Assembly (NCBI GenBank): GCA_963711565.1 | Contig: CAVQEQ010000001.1 | Location: 1,056,001 to 1,120,000, forward strand | DNA: 64,000 bases | Direction of reading: 5' to 3' | Source of the DNA: an uncultured delta proteobacterium | GTDB lineage: Bacteria > Desulfobacterota > Binatia > Binatales > Binataceae | Shown: in pieces, positions 1 through 9,386 of the stretch | Position numbering within the stretch: the first letter of the stretch is position 1 | How the letters are laid out: each line of letters begins with the position of its first letter | The notes under the pieces: generated by a model | Told to the model about the DNA's origin: nothing | Databases searched by the model: none | Seen by the model: the letters and a program-made list of their open reading frames with translations, nothing else | Made by a program: the position numbers and the translations under genes

Positions 1-2
1 AC

Positions 3-266
3 GAGTACCTGATTCGCGCAGGGTCGAAGCTCTTCAAAAGCGACACCGTCTTCGAAGCGACGCGTACGCACTACATCGACACCGGCGGGATGCTCCCGAC
101 GGTAGTCCGCTTCGTCGGCACGCGCATAGTAACAGTGCCAAAGGACGCTCCCGCCACCGGCACGATCACCGAGAAGGTCCCAGTCCTCCGCGAAGTCTCG
201 ATGCCCATGCATACAACCCCCGACCAGGACCTGATGGGCTACGCCAAGTTCGAAGCGGTCAAATAA
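3..266 (+). CDS. 3' end of a hypothetical protein (truncated by window edge)
   Basis: Open frame from position 3 (EYLIRAGSKLF...YAKFEAVK) to TAA 264-266 with GC3-rich codon usage; no motif recognised. Confidence 0.6.
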   Translation, partial: EYLIRAGSKLFKSDTVFEATRTHYIDTGGMLPTVVRFVGTRIVTVPKDAPATGTITEKVPVLREVSMPMHTTPDQDLMGYAKFEAVK

Positions 267-272
267 GCCGTA

Positions 273-1394
273 CTAGTTTCCCACTTTTGGGACGGCCGAC
301 GACGTATGTTTCGACGACTCTCGCAGCAGCTTAGGCCGCATTCGCAATACCGGCTTCTCAACCATGTAGTAGGATGCGGCCGCAATCATGAAGGCAAAGA
401 CCAAGTTGATCGGAAACACTCCGAACATAGTTTTGTTCATTGGGGTAAGAAATACCTGTTGCCAAAGGTACAAGCTGTAGGAGATCAGCCCGGTCCAGAC
501 CAGGAACCTATACCTGAGCAGCGTTGCGATACGCGAATCTGGTTTGTGCAATACGGTAAAGACAATTAGAGTGATACCTATTCCCTCCAGCGTAAAGCCG
601 AATGGAAGAATGTAGAATCCTCGAAAATAATAAGCTAGAAGAGGATCAACCAGAAATAAATATATAGCCGCGAACGATAAATAGAGAGGCTGACTCAGTC
701 TGGTTAACAATCTATAAAGTGGGTCCGTGCTTTGCGACAGAGCGAGCAGGCACCCGAACATAAGTATGTCAGCCCGAGTGTGAAGCATCACAGGTATTCG
801 CGCGCGAAGTGATGGCAATAGAATATATGTGAGGATTCTTATCAATGGCTCTATGCAGACTATGACAAGAGCGAGGCGCCATGCTTTCTTGCGACCGAGT
901 GAGACAAGAATCATTGGCCACAAGAGGTAGAATTGCTCCTCTATACATAGCGACCAGGTTTGCCCCAACCACCAGCTTCCCGAGGTCACTGGCAGATAGT
1001 TCCACAGGAAACACGCGGATACGATTAGGTCCGCCTGGGTTACCGTCACCGCTCTTAGGAAAGATAGAACTCCTATGAAGGCGAGATAAACATAGAAGGC
1101 GGGGAAGATTCTCGTCACGCGACGAACGTAGAAATTGTAGAACGACAGTTGTCCGGTACCCTCTATCTCCCTAAGGAGCAGATCGGTTATCAAATAGCCG
1201 CTGATAACAAAAAAGAAACTCACCCCTAATCCGGCGTTTCCCAACACCAGCATTCCTGGTATCAACCATCGAGGAAACACCAAAATCGTGCCACTGGCGT
1301 GTCCAAGAATGACCAATCCGATCGATAGCCCTCGGATGCCATCCACCGACGGCAACCGTCCTGGTTTGGATTCGACGCGGCTACCTGTCTTCAT
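273..1394 (-). CDS. Acyltransferase family 3 (OafA/YrhL-like membrane O-acetyltransferase)
   Basis: Motifs DGIRG, GVSFFFVISGYLIT, RRVTRIFP, TWSLCIEEQFY, SYSLYLW, SYYMVEKP; multi-TM; visibly lower GC than flanks. Confidence 0.92.
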   Translation of the reverse strand: MKTGSRVESKPGRLPSVDGIRGLSIGLVILGHASGTILVFPRWLIPGMLVLGNAGLGVSFFFVISGYLITDLLLREIEGTGQLSFYNFYVRRVTRIFPAFYVYLAFIGVLSFLRAVTVTQADLIVSACFLWNYLPVTSGSWWLGQTWSLCIEEQFYLLWPMILVSLGRKKAWRLALVIVCIEPLIRILTYILLPSLRARIPVMLHTRADILMFGCLLALSQSTDPLYRLLTRLSQPLYLSFAAIYLFLVDPLLAYYFRGFYILPFGFTLEGIGITLIVFTVLHKPDSRIATLLRYRFLVWTGLISYSLYLWQQVFLTPMNKTMFGVFPINLVFAFMIAAASYYMVEKPVLRMRPKLLRESSKHTSSAVPKVGN

Positions 1395-1504
1395 CGAAGC
1401 AACATACCCTCTAGCTTCATCGGCTAATCAGCTTGTGAATTTGACTATGCTATGCGATGAACGCAAATGTTGAAATATCTGAACGTGAATGGAGGATTAG
1501 GCTC

Positions 1505-1927
<423 letters not shown>

Positions 1928-1933
1928 CCTTAG

Positions 1934-2665
1934 CTAGGACTGAAGAGTCCACACGCGCAGCGGGCCAAGAGACTCGAATCCCAACGCGTTGGCGTGGCGC
2001 AGGTCGTCCCCATGCTCATAGCCGACGATCGGCAGATCGGGAAATAAGCCGGCGATTGCCGAGAGCAAGTCGACGGCACAATCGCGCAACTCAGAGCTAG
2101 GTGCGAAGAAGTTCGACCATCCAACAACGTCGTCGCTGCGATTCGCAACCGCACCCGCGACAATTCGATCATCGCGGGAACCGGCGAGAACGCCGATGTC
2201 TTTGTTCTGGAGCAGCGAAGGCAAGAAGATTCTGTCTCCGCCCGTATCGCCTGACGATCTGCTGAATGCGGATTCCCACTCTGCCAGTTCGTGATCGCTC
2301 TGAACCACTTTCCATCTCATGGTCTTTCCCGCAGTGGCATCTTTTCTGACGCGCGAGACCGCCAGATAGATCCAATGTGCCGCGAACAGCACCTCGAACC
2401 CACGCGACGAAAGATCGAGCATCGAGAAACTGTCCTTGACCGCCCATCCCGACGGCAGGCGTGTACCAATCAGCTCATCGATCAGAGCGAGCTGATGTGG
2501 ACTGGGCTCAGCTAGTGTCCCGGCGTTCGGATAGAAGCGTGGCACTCGATGACGATTGAGCCATATGTCGTCGTGGAACTCGCCGGGATTCCCGTGCGCG
2601 CGGCAAACCGCGTCACACCATTGGGCATTGTTGCGCGCCGCGCGGATGATTCGATCGTCGAGCAT
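1934..2665 (-). CDS. Conserved hypothetical protein, possible GNAT-like fold
   Basis: Start reassigned to ATG 2665 (MLDDRIIRAARNNAQWCDAVC) to avoid overlap with the helicase; C-terminal ALGFESLGPLRVW resembles a GNAT end. Confidence 0.65.
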   Translation of the reverse strand: MLDDRIIRAARNNAQWCDAVCRAHGNPGEFHDDIWLNRHRVPRFYPNAGTLAEPSPHQLALIDELIGTRLPSGWAVKDSFSMLDLSSRGFEVLFAAHWIYLAVSRVRKDATAGKTMRWKVVQSDHELAEWESAFSRSSGDTGGDRIFLPSLLQNKDIGVLAGSRDDRIVAGAVANRSDDVVGWSNFFAPSSELRDCAVDLLSAIAGLFPDLPIVGYEHGDDLRHANALGFESLGPLRVWTLQS

Positions 2666-2676
2666 AAGCTGGAACC

Positions 2677-4677
2677 CTAAGACTCTTCCGACTCCTGCAA
2701 CGTCGCCGTCTGCAACAACTCCGCCGGCACATCTTCGAGGAACCTCGACACGCGGCCCATCACGAAGCCGAAGCTGCGGTCGAACATGTATATAGGGTAC
2801 GAGAGGTACAGCTCGTCGCGCGCGCGCGTGCTCGCGACATACATCAGTCGGCGCTCCTCCTCGATTTCGTCGTCGCCGACACTTTGCGGCCCCGGGAAGC
2901 GTCCGTCGGCCGCCCAGATCAGGAACACCACCTTCCATTCGAGTCCCTTGGCGGAGTGAATTGTCGTGAGCGTCATGTGCTCGTCTTCCGAATCCGTAGC
3001 GAGCACGCCGTCGAGCGAATCGCTCGGCGGTTCGAGCGCCATGTCGGCCAGCATCTGCTCGAGACTCTTGTAGCGCTCAGTGAGATTTTGAAAATGCTCG
3101 AGGTCGCGCTCGCGCTTGGGGTAATCGTCGGCGTACGCCTCGCGCATCACGGGCAGATAATACTCCAGCGTCATCGCGATCTGCTCGGGTGGCCGCTTCT
3201 CTCCGCTGCGCAACTCCGCCAGCAGCGTGCCGAGCCGCTTGAGGCCGCCTTCCGCACCGCCGCGAGCTTTGTCCGCAAATTTAGCAATTGCCGCCGCCGG
3301 ATCATCGGTCGCGACGAGCGAGTCGATCGCCCGCTCCGCTGTCCGATGACCGATGCCTTTGACCAGGGTGAGCACGCGCAGCCATGACACTGCGTCCGCC
3401 GGATTCGCGATCACCCGCAAATGCGCCAGGACGTCCTTGATATGCGCCGTCTCGATAAACTTGAAGCCGCCGCGCTTGATAAACGGAATGTCGCGGCGCT
3501 GCAGCTTGAGTTCCAGATCGAAAGAATGAAAGCTCGATCGGAACAACACCGCGATCTCGCTGAGTTCGACACCCTCCTCGCGCAGCTCCAGGATGCGTTG
3601 TGCGACGAATCGCGATTGCATGTGCTCGTCCTGCGCGCGCACCAGGAACGGCCGGAAACCGCCCTCTCGCTGCGTGAACAGCGCCTTGGTGTATTTTTCA
3701 CCCGCGCGGGAGATCACATCATTCGCTACATCCAGGATCCCCTGGATCGAGCGGTAGTTCTCTTCAAGCTTCACGATCTTCGCGCCCGGAAAAATCGTGG
3801 GGAAGTCCATGATGTTGCGGAAATTGGCGCCGCGAAACGAATAGATCGACTGCGCATCGTCGCCCACCGCCATCACGTTGCGATGATTCATCGCGAGCAG
3901 CCGCACCAGGTCGGCCTGGATCAGGTTGGTGTCCTGGTACTCGTCGATCATGATGTAGCGGTAGCTGTCCGACAGCCGGCGCCGCACATTCTCATATTGT
4001 TCGAGCAGCTCGGCGAGCCGATACAGCAGGTCGTCGTAGTCGAGCAGGGCGCGCTCGCGCTTGTAGCTTTCGTAATTGTTCGCGAGCTCGAGAATTTCGG
4101 TCTGATGCTCGCCAAGATGCGGAAAATCGATCTCGATCTCCTCTTCGAGCGCGCGCCGCTTGTTACGCGCCATGCTGATGGCTTCGGCAATCGTGCTCTT
4201 CTTCGGAAACCGGCGCTCGCGCGACGCCAGCCCCATCCGCGTCCGCAGCAGGTTGATCACGTCCTCCATGTCGGAGCGATCGAGAATCGTGAAGTTGGGT
4301 TTGAGGCCCATCGGCGCGCCCATTCGGCGGAGCACATTGTTCGCGAAGGAATGAAACGTGCCGCCCGCAACCGCGCCCGCCCGATCTCCGACGAGCTGCT
4401 CGGCGCGACGCAGCATCTCCTGCGCGGCCCGGCGCGTGAACGTCAGCAGCAGGATCGCACCCGGCGGCACGCCGCTCTCGATCAGCCGCGCGACGCGATA
4501 GATCAGCGTCCGAGTTTTGCCCGATCCCGCGCCCGCGACGACCAGCAGCGGGCCGTCGCGATGCGTCACGGCGGCAAGCTGCGCGGGATTCAGCAGCTCG
4601 GCATACTTGATTTTGAAATTGCGCTCGTCGGCCGGCGATGCCGGCTTTTCGCGCAGGTAAATTACCTTGTCGGCCAC
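2677..4677 (-). CDS. pcrA: UvrD/PcrA/Rep superfamily 1 ATP-dependent DNA helicase
   Basis: AGAGSGKT Walker A, DEYQD, VGDDAQSIYSFRGA, LEENYRS, TIHSAKGLEW, EERRLMYVASTRA. Confidence 0.93.
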   Translation of the reverse strand: MADKVIYLREKPASPADERNFKIKYAELLNPAQLAAVTHRDGPLLVVAGAGSGKTRTLIYRVARLIESGVPPGAILLLTFTRRAAQEMLRRAEQLVGDRAGAVAGGTFHSFANNVLRRMGAPMGLKPNFTILDRSDMEDVINLLRTRMGLASRERRFPKKSTIAEAISMARNKRRALEEEIEIDFPHLGEHQTEILELANNYESYKRERALLDYDDLLYRLAELLEQYENVRRRLSDSYRYIMIDEYQDTNLIQADLVRLLAMNHRNVMAVGDDAQSIYSFRGANFRNIMDFPTIFPGAKIVKLEENYRSIQGILDVANDVISRAGEKYTKALFTQREGGFRPFLVRAQDEHMQSRFVAQRILELREEGVELSEIAVLFRSSFHSFDLELKLQRRDIPFIKRGGFKFIETAHIKDVLAHLRVIANPADAVSWLRVLTLVKGIGHRTAERAIDSLVATDDPAAAIAKFADKARGGAEGGLKRLGTLLAELRSGEKRPPEQIAMTLEYYLPVMREAYADDYPKRERDLEHFQNLTERYKSLEQMLADMALEPPSDSLDGVLATDSEDEHMTLTTIHSAKGLEWKVVFLIWAADGRFPGPQSVGDDEIEEERRLMYVASTRARDELYLSYPIYMFDRSFGFVMGRVSRFLEDVPAELLQTATLQESEES

Positions 4678-4726
4678 GGCAAGCGCGATCCTACCACGCC
4701 GCGCGACGCAAGTTACGATGCCCGGC

Positions 4727-5170
4727 CTACGGCAGCATCGGCCCGCTGCCCGCCGGGCTCTGCCCGCCGTTCTTGTAGATGCCCTGCATCGTCTTCTTCC
4801 ACAGTTGATCGGGACTGTTGGGCGATTGCGCCTCCGGACCGGCTGCTGCCGAACCCGGTGGCGGGCGCCTATCTTCTACGTGCGGATCGAGTAGGATCTG
4901 GTCAACCAGGTTGACGCTGGGATCGTTCAAGTACCCTATCGCGATTCGTTCCGCGTCATTGCGCCCGAACTGCGTCGCCACAAACCCAGTGAGTATCAAT
5001 TGCTTGCGGCCGCCGGCCGAGGTCGAGAACTGCGCCGTTACCATCGACAGCTCGCTCATATGGAGGTATTTCGTAAGCGCGTCGCTGGTGCCTTGATCGA
5101 TTACATAGTTGTGCGCCCGCGCAACGCTGCAAACCCCCACAATTGCGATCACCGCCATCAATACTTGCAT
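4727..5170 (-). CDS. Small exported hypothetical protein (possibly BON-like)
   Basis: Signal-peptide-like start MQVLMAVIAIVGVCSVARA; LILTGFVATQFGRNDAERIA resembles a BON domain segment. Confidence 0.55.
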   Translation of the reverse strand: MQVLMAVIAIVGVCSVARAHNYVIDQGTSDALTKYLHMSELSMVTAQFSTSAGGRKQLILTGFVATQFGRNDAERIAIGYLNDPSVNLVDQILLDPHVEDRRPPPGSAAAGPEAQSPNSPDQLWKKTMQGIYKNGGQSPAGSGPMLP

Positions 5171-5220
5171 TCGTCGAATCACAATGTTCGACGATACACC
5201 TGATCGCGGCAATTTTCGCG

Positions 5221-6252
5221 TTACGGAACCTGGATCTCCTGGATCTGCGCCGTCTCCTTCTGCACGACCTCGGCCGGCAGCGGAGCGTATTGCAGCGCGG
5301 GCGCCAGCGTCTGGCCCTCGGTCATCGCCCAGCCCAGGAATTTCTTGATCTGCTCGCCAACATCCTTGTTGGTCTGCTTCTGATAAACCAGCAGCCACGT
5401 GAACGAGGATATCGGATACGCATCCGCGCCCGGCGCATTCGTGATTGAGACGCGGAAGTCAGACGGCATGTCTCCCGCCGATGACGCCGCGGCGGCCGTC
5501 ACTCCCGCCAGGCTCGCAGTCACCCAGTTACCCGCCTTGTTCTGGATCTGGGCGAAAGGAATTTTGTTGTTGAGTGCATATATCAGTTCGATGTAACCAA
5601 TCGCCCCGGGCGTCTGCTGGATCAGTGCCGTGACACCCTCGTTGCCTTTGCCGCCGAGCCCGGCCGGCCATTTGACCGCAGTGCCCTTACCGGGGTCCGA
5701 CGCCCAGCTCGGGCTAACCTTCGAAAGGTAGTCGGTGAAAATGTACGACGTGCCGCTGCCGTCCGATCGATGGCACACGACGATGTCCTGCGACGGGATC
5801 GCTCCCCCGGGATTCAACGCTTTGATCTGATCGTCGTCCCACTTGGTGATTTTGCCCGCGTAAATATCCGCGATCACCGGGCCGGTCAGGCGCAGCGTGC
5901 CGCTAAATCCGGGCAGGTTATACGCGAGTACGACCGCGCCCATCACGCTCGGGAAGTGCAGAATTTTCCCCGGCGCATCGGCCAACTGCTGATTGGTCAT
6001 CGGTGCATCGCTCGCGCCAACGTCAACGGTGCGATTCGAGAGCATCCGAATCCCGCCGCCCGAACCGATCGATTGGTAGTTAAACTTGATGCCCGGATTT
6101 TCTTTCGCGTAAACGTCGAACCACTTGGAATAGATCGGATAGGGGAACGTCGCGCCGGCGCCGTTGATCAACATATCGGCGAATCCGGATCGGCCGATTC
6201 CTGCGATCGCCAGGACTATGAATAGGGCAACGATTATTCGTCGTTTGAGCAT
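5221..6252 (-). CDS. pstS: Phosphate ABC transporter substrate-binding protein PstS
   Basis: GAGATFPYP, YQSIGSGGG, RSDGSGTS, GKGNEGV, AYPISSFTW; signal peptide. Confidence 0.96.
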   Translation of the reverse strand: MLKRRIIVALFIVLAIAGIGRSGFADMLINGAGATFPYPIYSKWFDVYAKENPGIKFNYQSIGSGGGIRMLSNRTVDVGASDAPMTNQQLADAPGKILHFPSVMGAVVLAYNLPGFSGTLRLTGPVIADIYAGKITKWDDDQIKALNPGGAIPSQDIVVCHRSDGSGTSYIFTDYLSKVSPSWASDPGKGTAVKWPAGLGGKGNEGVTALIQQTPGAIGYIELIYALNNKIPFAQIQNKAGNWVTASLAGVTAAAASSAGDMPSDFRVSITNAPGADAYPISSFTWLLVYQKQTNKDVGEQIKKFLGWAMTEGQTLAPALQYAPLPAEVVQKETAQIQEIQVP

Positions 6253-6317
6253 CGTCTGATCTTGCCTCGAAGTTAGTCGTCTCCGTTCCGCGGATCTGGG
6301 TGCGGCGCGCAGAAGCT

Positions 6318-6345
6318 ATGCACTGAACATTAACGGAGAATGAAC
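6318..6345 (-). promoter_or_regulatory. Putative Pho box upstream of pstS
   Basis: Minus-strand hexamers GTTCAT (6345-6340), GTTAAT (6334-6329), GTGCAT (6323-6318) at exact 11-bp spacing, 66 bp upstream of pstS. Confidence 0.6.
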
Positions 6346-6479
6346 CCGCCGTGTCCGCGGCTTGAATTCGTCCGCGTGGACCGCGATTCTCGTGTACAAT
6401 CGCGCGTTGGCGCAAGCGTTTGCTTTTCCAAGCGGCGCTCGACGACAATTCAAATCGCCAAACTGCGCGGTAATTTTCA

Positions 6480-8798
6480 ATGAGTAAAGCACTCGACGGA
6501 ATCAACATCGTTGAATTCGATTCCAACCTTGGCGCAGCTTACGCCACGATGCTGCTCGCGGAAAACGGCGCGCGCGCCATCAAGGTCGAACCAGTCGGCG
6601 GCTCGCGCGATCGCGCCACCTCGCACTTCCACGTCCTCAACCGCAGCAAGCGCACGTTGGAGCTGGACCTCGACAACAGCGCGTCGCAGGCTCGTGTCGC
6701 CGACCTGGTCCGATGGGCTGATATCGTCGTCACCGGCTTCACGCCGGCGCGGCTGCGACAACTGAACCTCGATCCCGAATCCATTCGACGGATAAATCCG
6801 CGCGCGATTGCGCTCGGCGTGCCTGCGCTCGGCAGCCGCGGTCCCGACGCCGACTTCGATGCCAACGACGCAATCGTCGCCGCGCGCGGCGCAATCACCG
6901 GGACTCAATGGGCGCGCAGCGGCAATCCTGTCGCGCTGGTTTTTCCGGCGGCGAGTTATTCGGCGGGCGTGATGGCGGCGACGGCGGCAGTCGCGGCGCT
7001 CCTCGCGCGCGGCGACAGCGGAACAGGGCAGGCGGTCGAAGTGTCGCTTCTGGCCGGCGCGTTCTCGCTCCATACCGGCGCCATCCTGCGTCACGAGAAA
7101 ATGACGGCTCTCTATCACGGGCCGCAGGATCCTCTTGGCCCGATTCCGGTTTATCGTCTGTTCGAGGCCGCTGACGGCAAATATCTCTTCGCCGCATGCG
7201 GCAACGCGACCTTCTGGGGCAAGTTCGCGATCGCAATCGAACGTCCCGATCTCGTCGGCGATCCGCGTTTCGAAAATGCGCCGTGGGGGATTGCGGCCGA
7301 GCACTGGCAGCCGCTCAAGGACATCATCGAGCCGATCATCCGCACGCGGCCGCGCGACGAATGGCTGAGCATCCTGCGCGAGTCCGACGTTCCGTGCGCC
7401 CCGGTGATGTCCCGTCAGGAGTTCATCGAACACCCGCAGACGCGCGCACTCGGCATGCGCCACGAAATCGACGACCCCACGCTCGGCCGCATGATTCAGA
7501 TGGGCCTGCCCGTGTTTCTCAACGACACCCCCGGCGCAATTACCGGCCCGACTCCAAAAGTCGGCGACGACCGCGCGGCGCTGCAGTGGCTTCGAGAGCC
7601 AACGCACGACGTTCCGCCGAAGAACGACCAACGCATCGCCGCACGGCCTCCCCTCGACGGAGTCACCGTGCTCGACTTCGCCAGTTACATCGCCGGTTCG
7701 TACGGTCCGATGATCCTCGCGCAGCTCGGCGCCAGAGTTATCAAGATCGAAAGCCTCGAGGGCGATTCGTTTCGTCATTTCGGTTTCGGTTTTCTCGGTT
7801 GGAACCAGGGTAAGCGCGGCATCTCGCTCAATCTTGCGACGCCGCAAGGCCGCGAAATAATTTACGGCCTCGCGGACAAGGCCGACATCGTGGTCGAGAA
7901 TCTGCGCCCCGGCCGGATGCGCAAGTTCGGCTTCGACTACGAAACGCTGGCGGCGCGCAACCCCCGCATCATCTATATGTCAGTCAACGCGTTCGGAAAT
8001 CGCGGACCCGAGCACAATCAACCCGGCTTCGATCCGCTGCTGCAGGCGCGTTCGGGCGTGATGGCGGCGCAGGGCGGCCATCACGGGCATCCGGTTTACC
8101 TCACCTGTGCGATTTGCGACTACGGCGCCGCGATGCTCTCTGCGTTTGGATGCGTCCTCGCACTGCGTGCGCGCGAACTGACAGGACGCGGGCAATTCTG
8201 CGAAACCTCGCTGCTGCAATCCGCGATGGCGTTCCAAGCCGGCGAGTTCGCCTTCTACCAGGGCCGTCCAGACATGGAAAACGGCAACCCCGAGTATCGC
8301 GGACGCTCCGCCCTCTCGCGCGCATATCAATGCCGCGACGGCAAATGGCTATTCATCTCACTATCCAATGAAACTCAGTGGAACGCGCTACTGACTATTC
8401 TTCCCGATCTGCCGAATACCAACTGGGATACCGCCATGACCGAACCGAACGAGGGCGGGCTTGCGTCAGCGCTCGCGGAACAATTTGCGAAGATCGATCT
8501 CGACGACGCTCTCGCGGCACTGAGAAAATCCGCCATACCCGCGACGCGGATCAACCATTCCCGCGAATTATTCGACGATCCTCAGGTCGTCGCCAACGAC
8601 CTGATCGCCGACTTACCTCATTCGCAATGGGGCCGCGTACAGCAAACCGGGATGCTGACGAAGTTTGCCGCGACTCCCGGCACGATCGACCGCGCCGCTC
8701 CGATGCTTGGCGAGCACACCGACGAGATTCTGCGCGACTACCTCGGCATCTCGCCCGACCGAATCGCCACGCTGCGCGCCGATGGCATAGTCAAGTGA
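6480..8798 (+). CDS. Family III CoA-transferase (CaiB/BaiF) with two fused domains
   Basis: Two CaiB units: LDGINIVE...NRSKRTLELDL and LDGVTVLDFASYIAG...NQGKRGISLNL...APMLGEHTDEIL. Confidence 0.93.
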   Translation: MSKALDGINIVEFDSNLGAAYATMLLAENGARAIKVEPVGGSRDRATSHFHVLNRSKRTLELDLDNSASQARVADLVRWADIVVTGFTPARLRQLNLDPESIRRINPRAIALGVPALGSRGPDADFDANDAIVAARGAITGTQWARSGNPVALVFPAASYSAGVMAATAAVAALLARGDSGTGQAVEVSLLAGAFSLHTGAILRHEKMTALYHGPQDPLGPIPVYRLFEAADGKYLFAACGNATFWGKFAIAIERPDLVGDPRFENAPWGIAAEHWQPLKDIIEPIIRTRPRDEWLSILRESDVPCAPVMSRQEFIEHPQTRALGMRHEIDDPTLGRMIQMGLPVFLNDTPGAITGPTPKVGDDRAALQWLREPTHDVPPKNDQRIAARPPLDGVTVLDFASYIAGSYGPMILAQLGARVIKIESLEGDSFRHFGFGFLGWNQGKRGISLNLATPQGREIIYGLADKADIVVENLRPGRMRKFGFDYETLAARNPRIIYMSVNAFGNRGPEHNQPGFDPLLQARSGVMAAQGGHHGHPVYLTCAICDYGAAMLSAFGCVLALRARELTGRGQFCETSLLQSAMAFQAGEFAFYQGRPDMENGNPEYRGRSALSRAYQCRDGKWLFISLSNETQWNALLTILPDLPNTNWDTAMTEPNEGGLASALAEQFAKIDLDDALAALRKSAIPATRINHSRELFDDPQVVANDLIADLPHSQWGRVQQTGMLTKFAATPGTIDRAAPMLGEHTDEILRDYLGISPDRIATLRADGIVK

Positions 8799-8801
8799 TC
8801 G

Positions 8802-9362
8802 ATGGACCCTGAGGCAGCCGCCGTTATCACCCCGCATCTGTTGGCGCGCGAAGAGCTGCTGTGGTGCGGACGCCCGCATGACACGACTGCTTTACGTTTG
8901 CGCGCGGGCGCGATCATCCTCGTCGGAATCGCGGCGCTCATGTTGCGGTCGCTGCCGCTCGATTCGAACCTTGCCGAGCGCGCTGACGCAAATTCAGTTC
9001 TGCTCGCAATTATGGTTGGAGTGTTAATCGCAGAAGCGATCGTGTTTCACACGTATCTGTCGAACACGTTCTACGGCGTCACCAACCAACGCCTCATCAT
9101 CGTGTCGGGATTGAGGCGGCGCGAGGTGGTGGCAGTTTTACTCGACCTGCTGAACACTCCTCATCTCCGCGTCCAGCGCATCCACCGCCATATTGAATTG
9201 GGCGCTCGCGGCGAGCAGATGTTTCAACCGAGTTATCTGCCGTTCACGAACCCATCGGTCGCGCCCGATTGGACCGGCCGCGAATCCTACCGCCTGCTCG
9301 CGCTCGAAGACCCGCGCAGTGTCTACGACCTGATAGTCGAATCGGCGCACAAACTCGAATAG
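8802..9362 (+). CDS. Hypothetical membrane protein (bPH-like C-terminus)
   Basis: EELLWCGRP, two TM helices, TFYGVTNQRLII motif; 3 bp after the CoA-transferase. Confidence 0.7.
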   Translation: MDPEAAAVITPHLLAREELLWCGRPHDTTALRLRAGAIILVGIAALMLRSLPLDSNLAERADANSVLLAIMVGVLIAEAIVFHTYLSNTFYGVTNQRLIIVSGLRRREVVAVLLDLLNTPHLRVQRIHRHIELGARGEQMFQPSYLPFTNPSVAPDWTGRESYRLLALEDPRSVYDLIVESAHKLE

Positions 9363-9386
9363 TCAGGTGCACTCGCGGTTTGCCGA

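Noticed and set aside
3421-4914. 497-aa plus-strand ORF, and similar long ORFs at 9711-11027, 12573-13892, 26447-28144, 29156-30766 and 54323-55870
   Set aside because: Antisense shadows of well-supported genes, expected in high-GC DNA; no recognisable motifs
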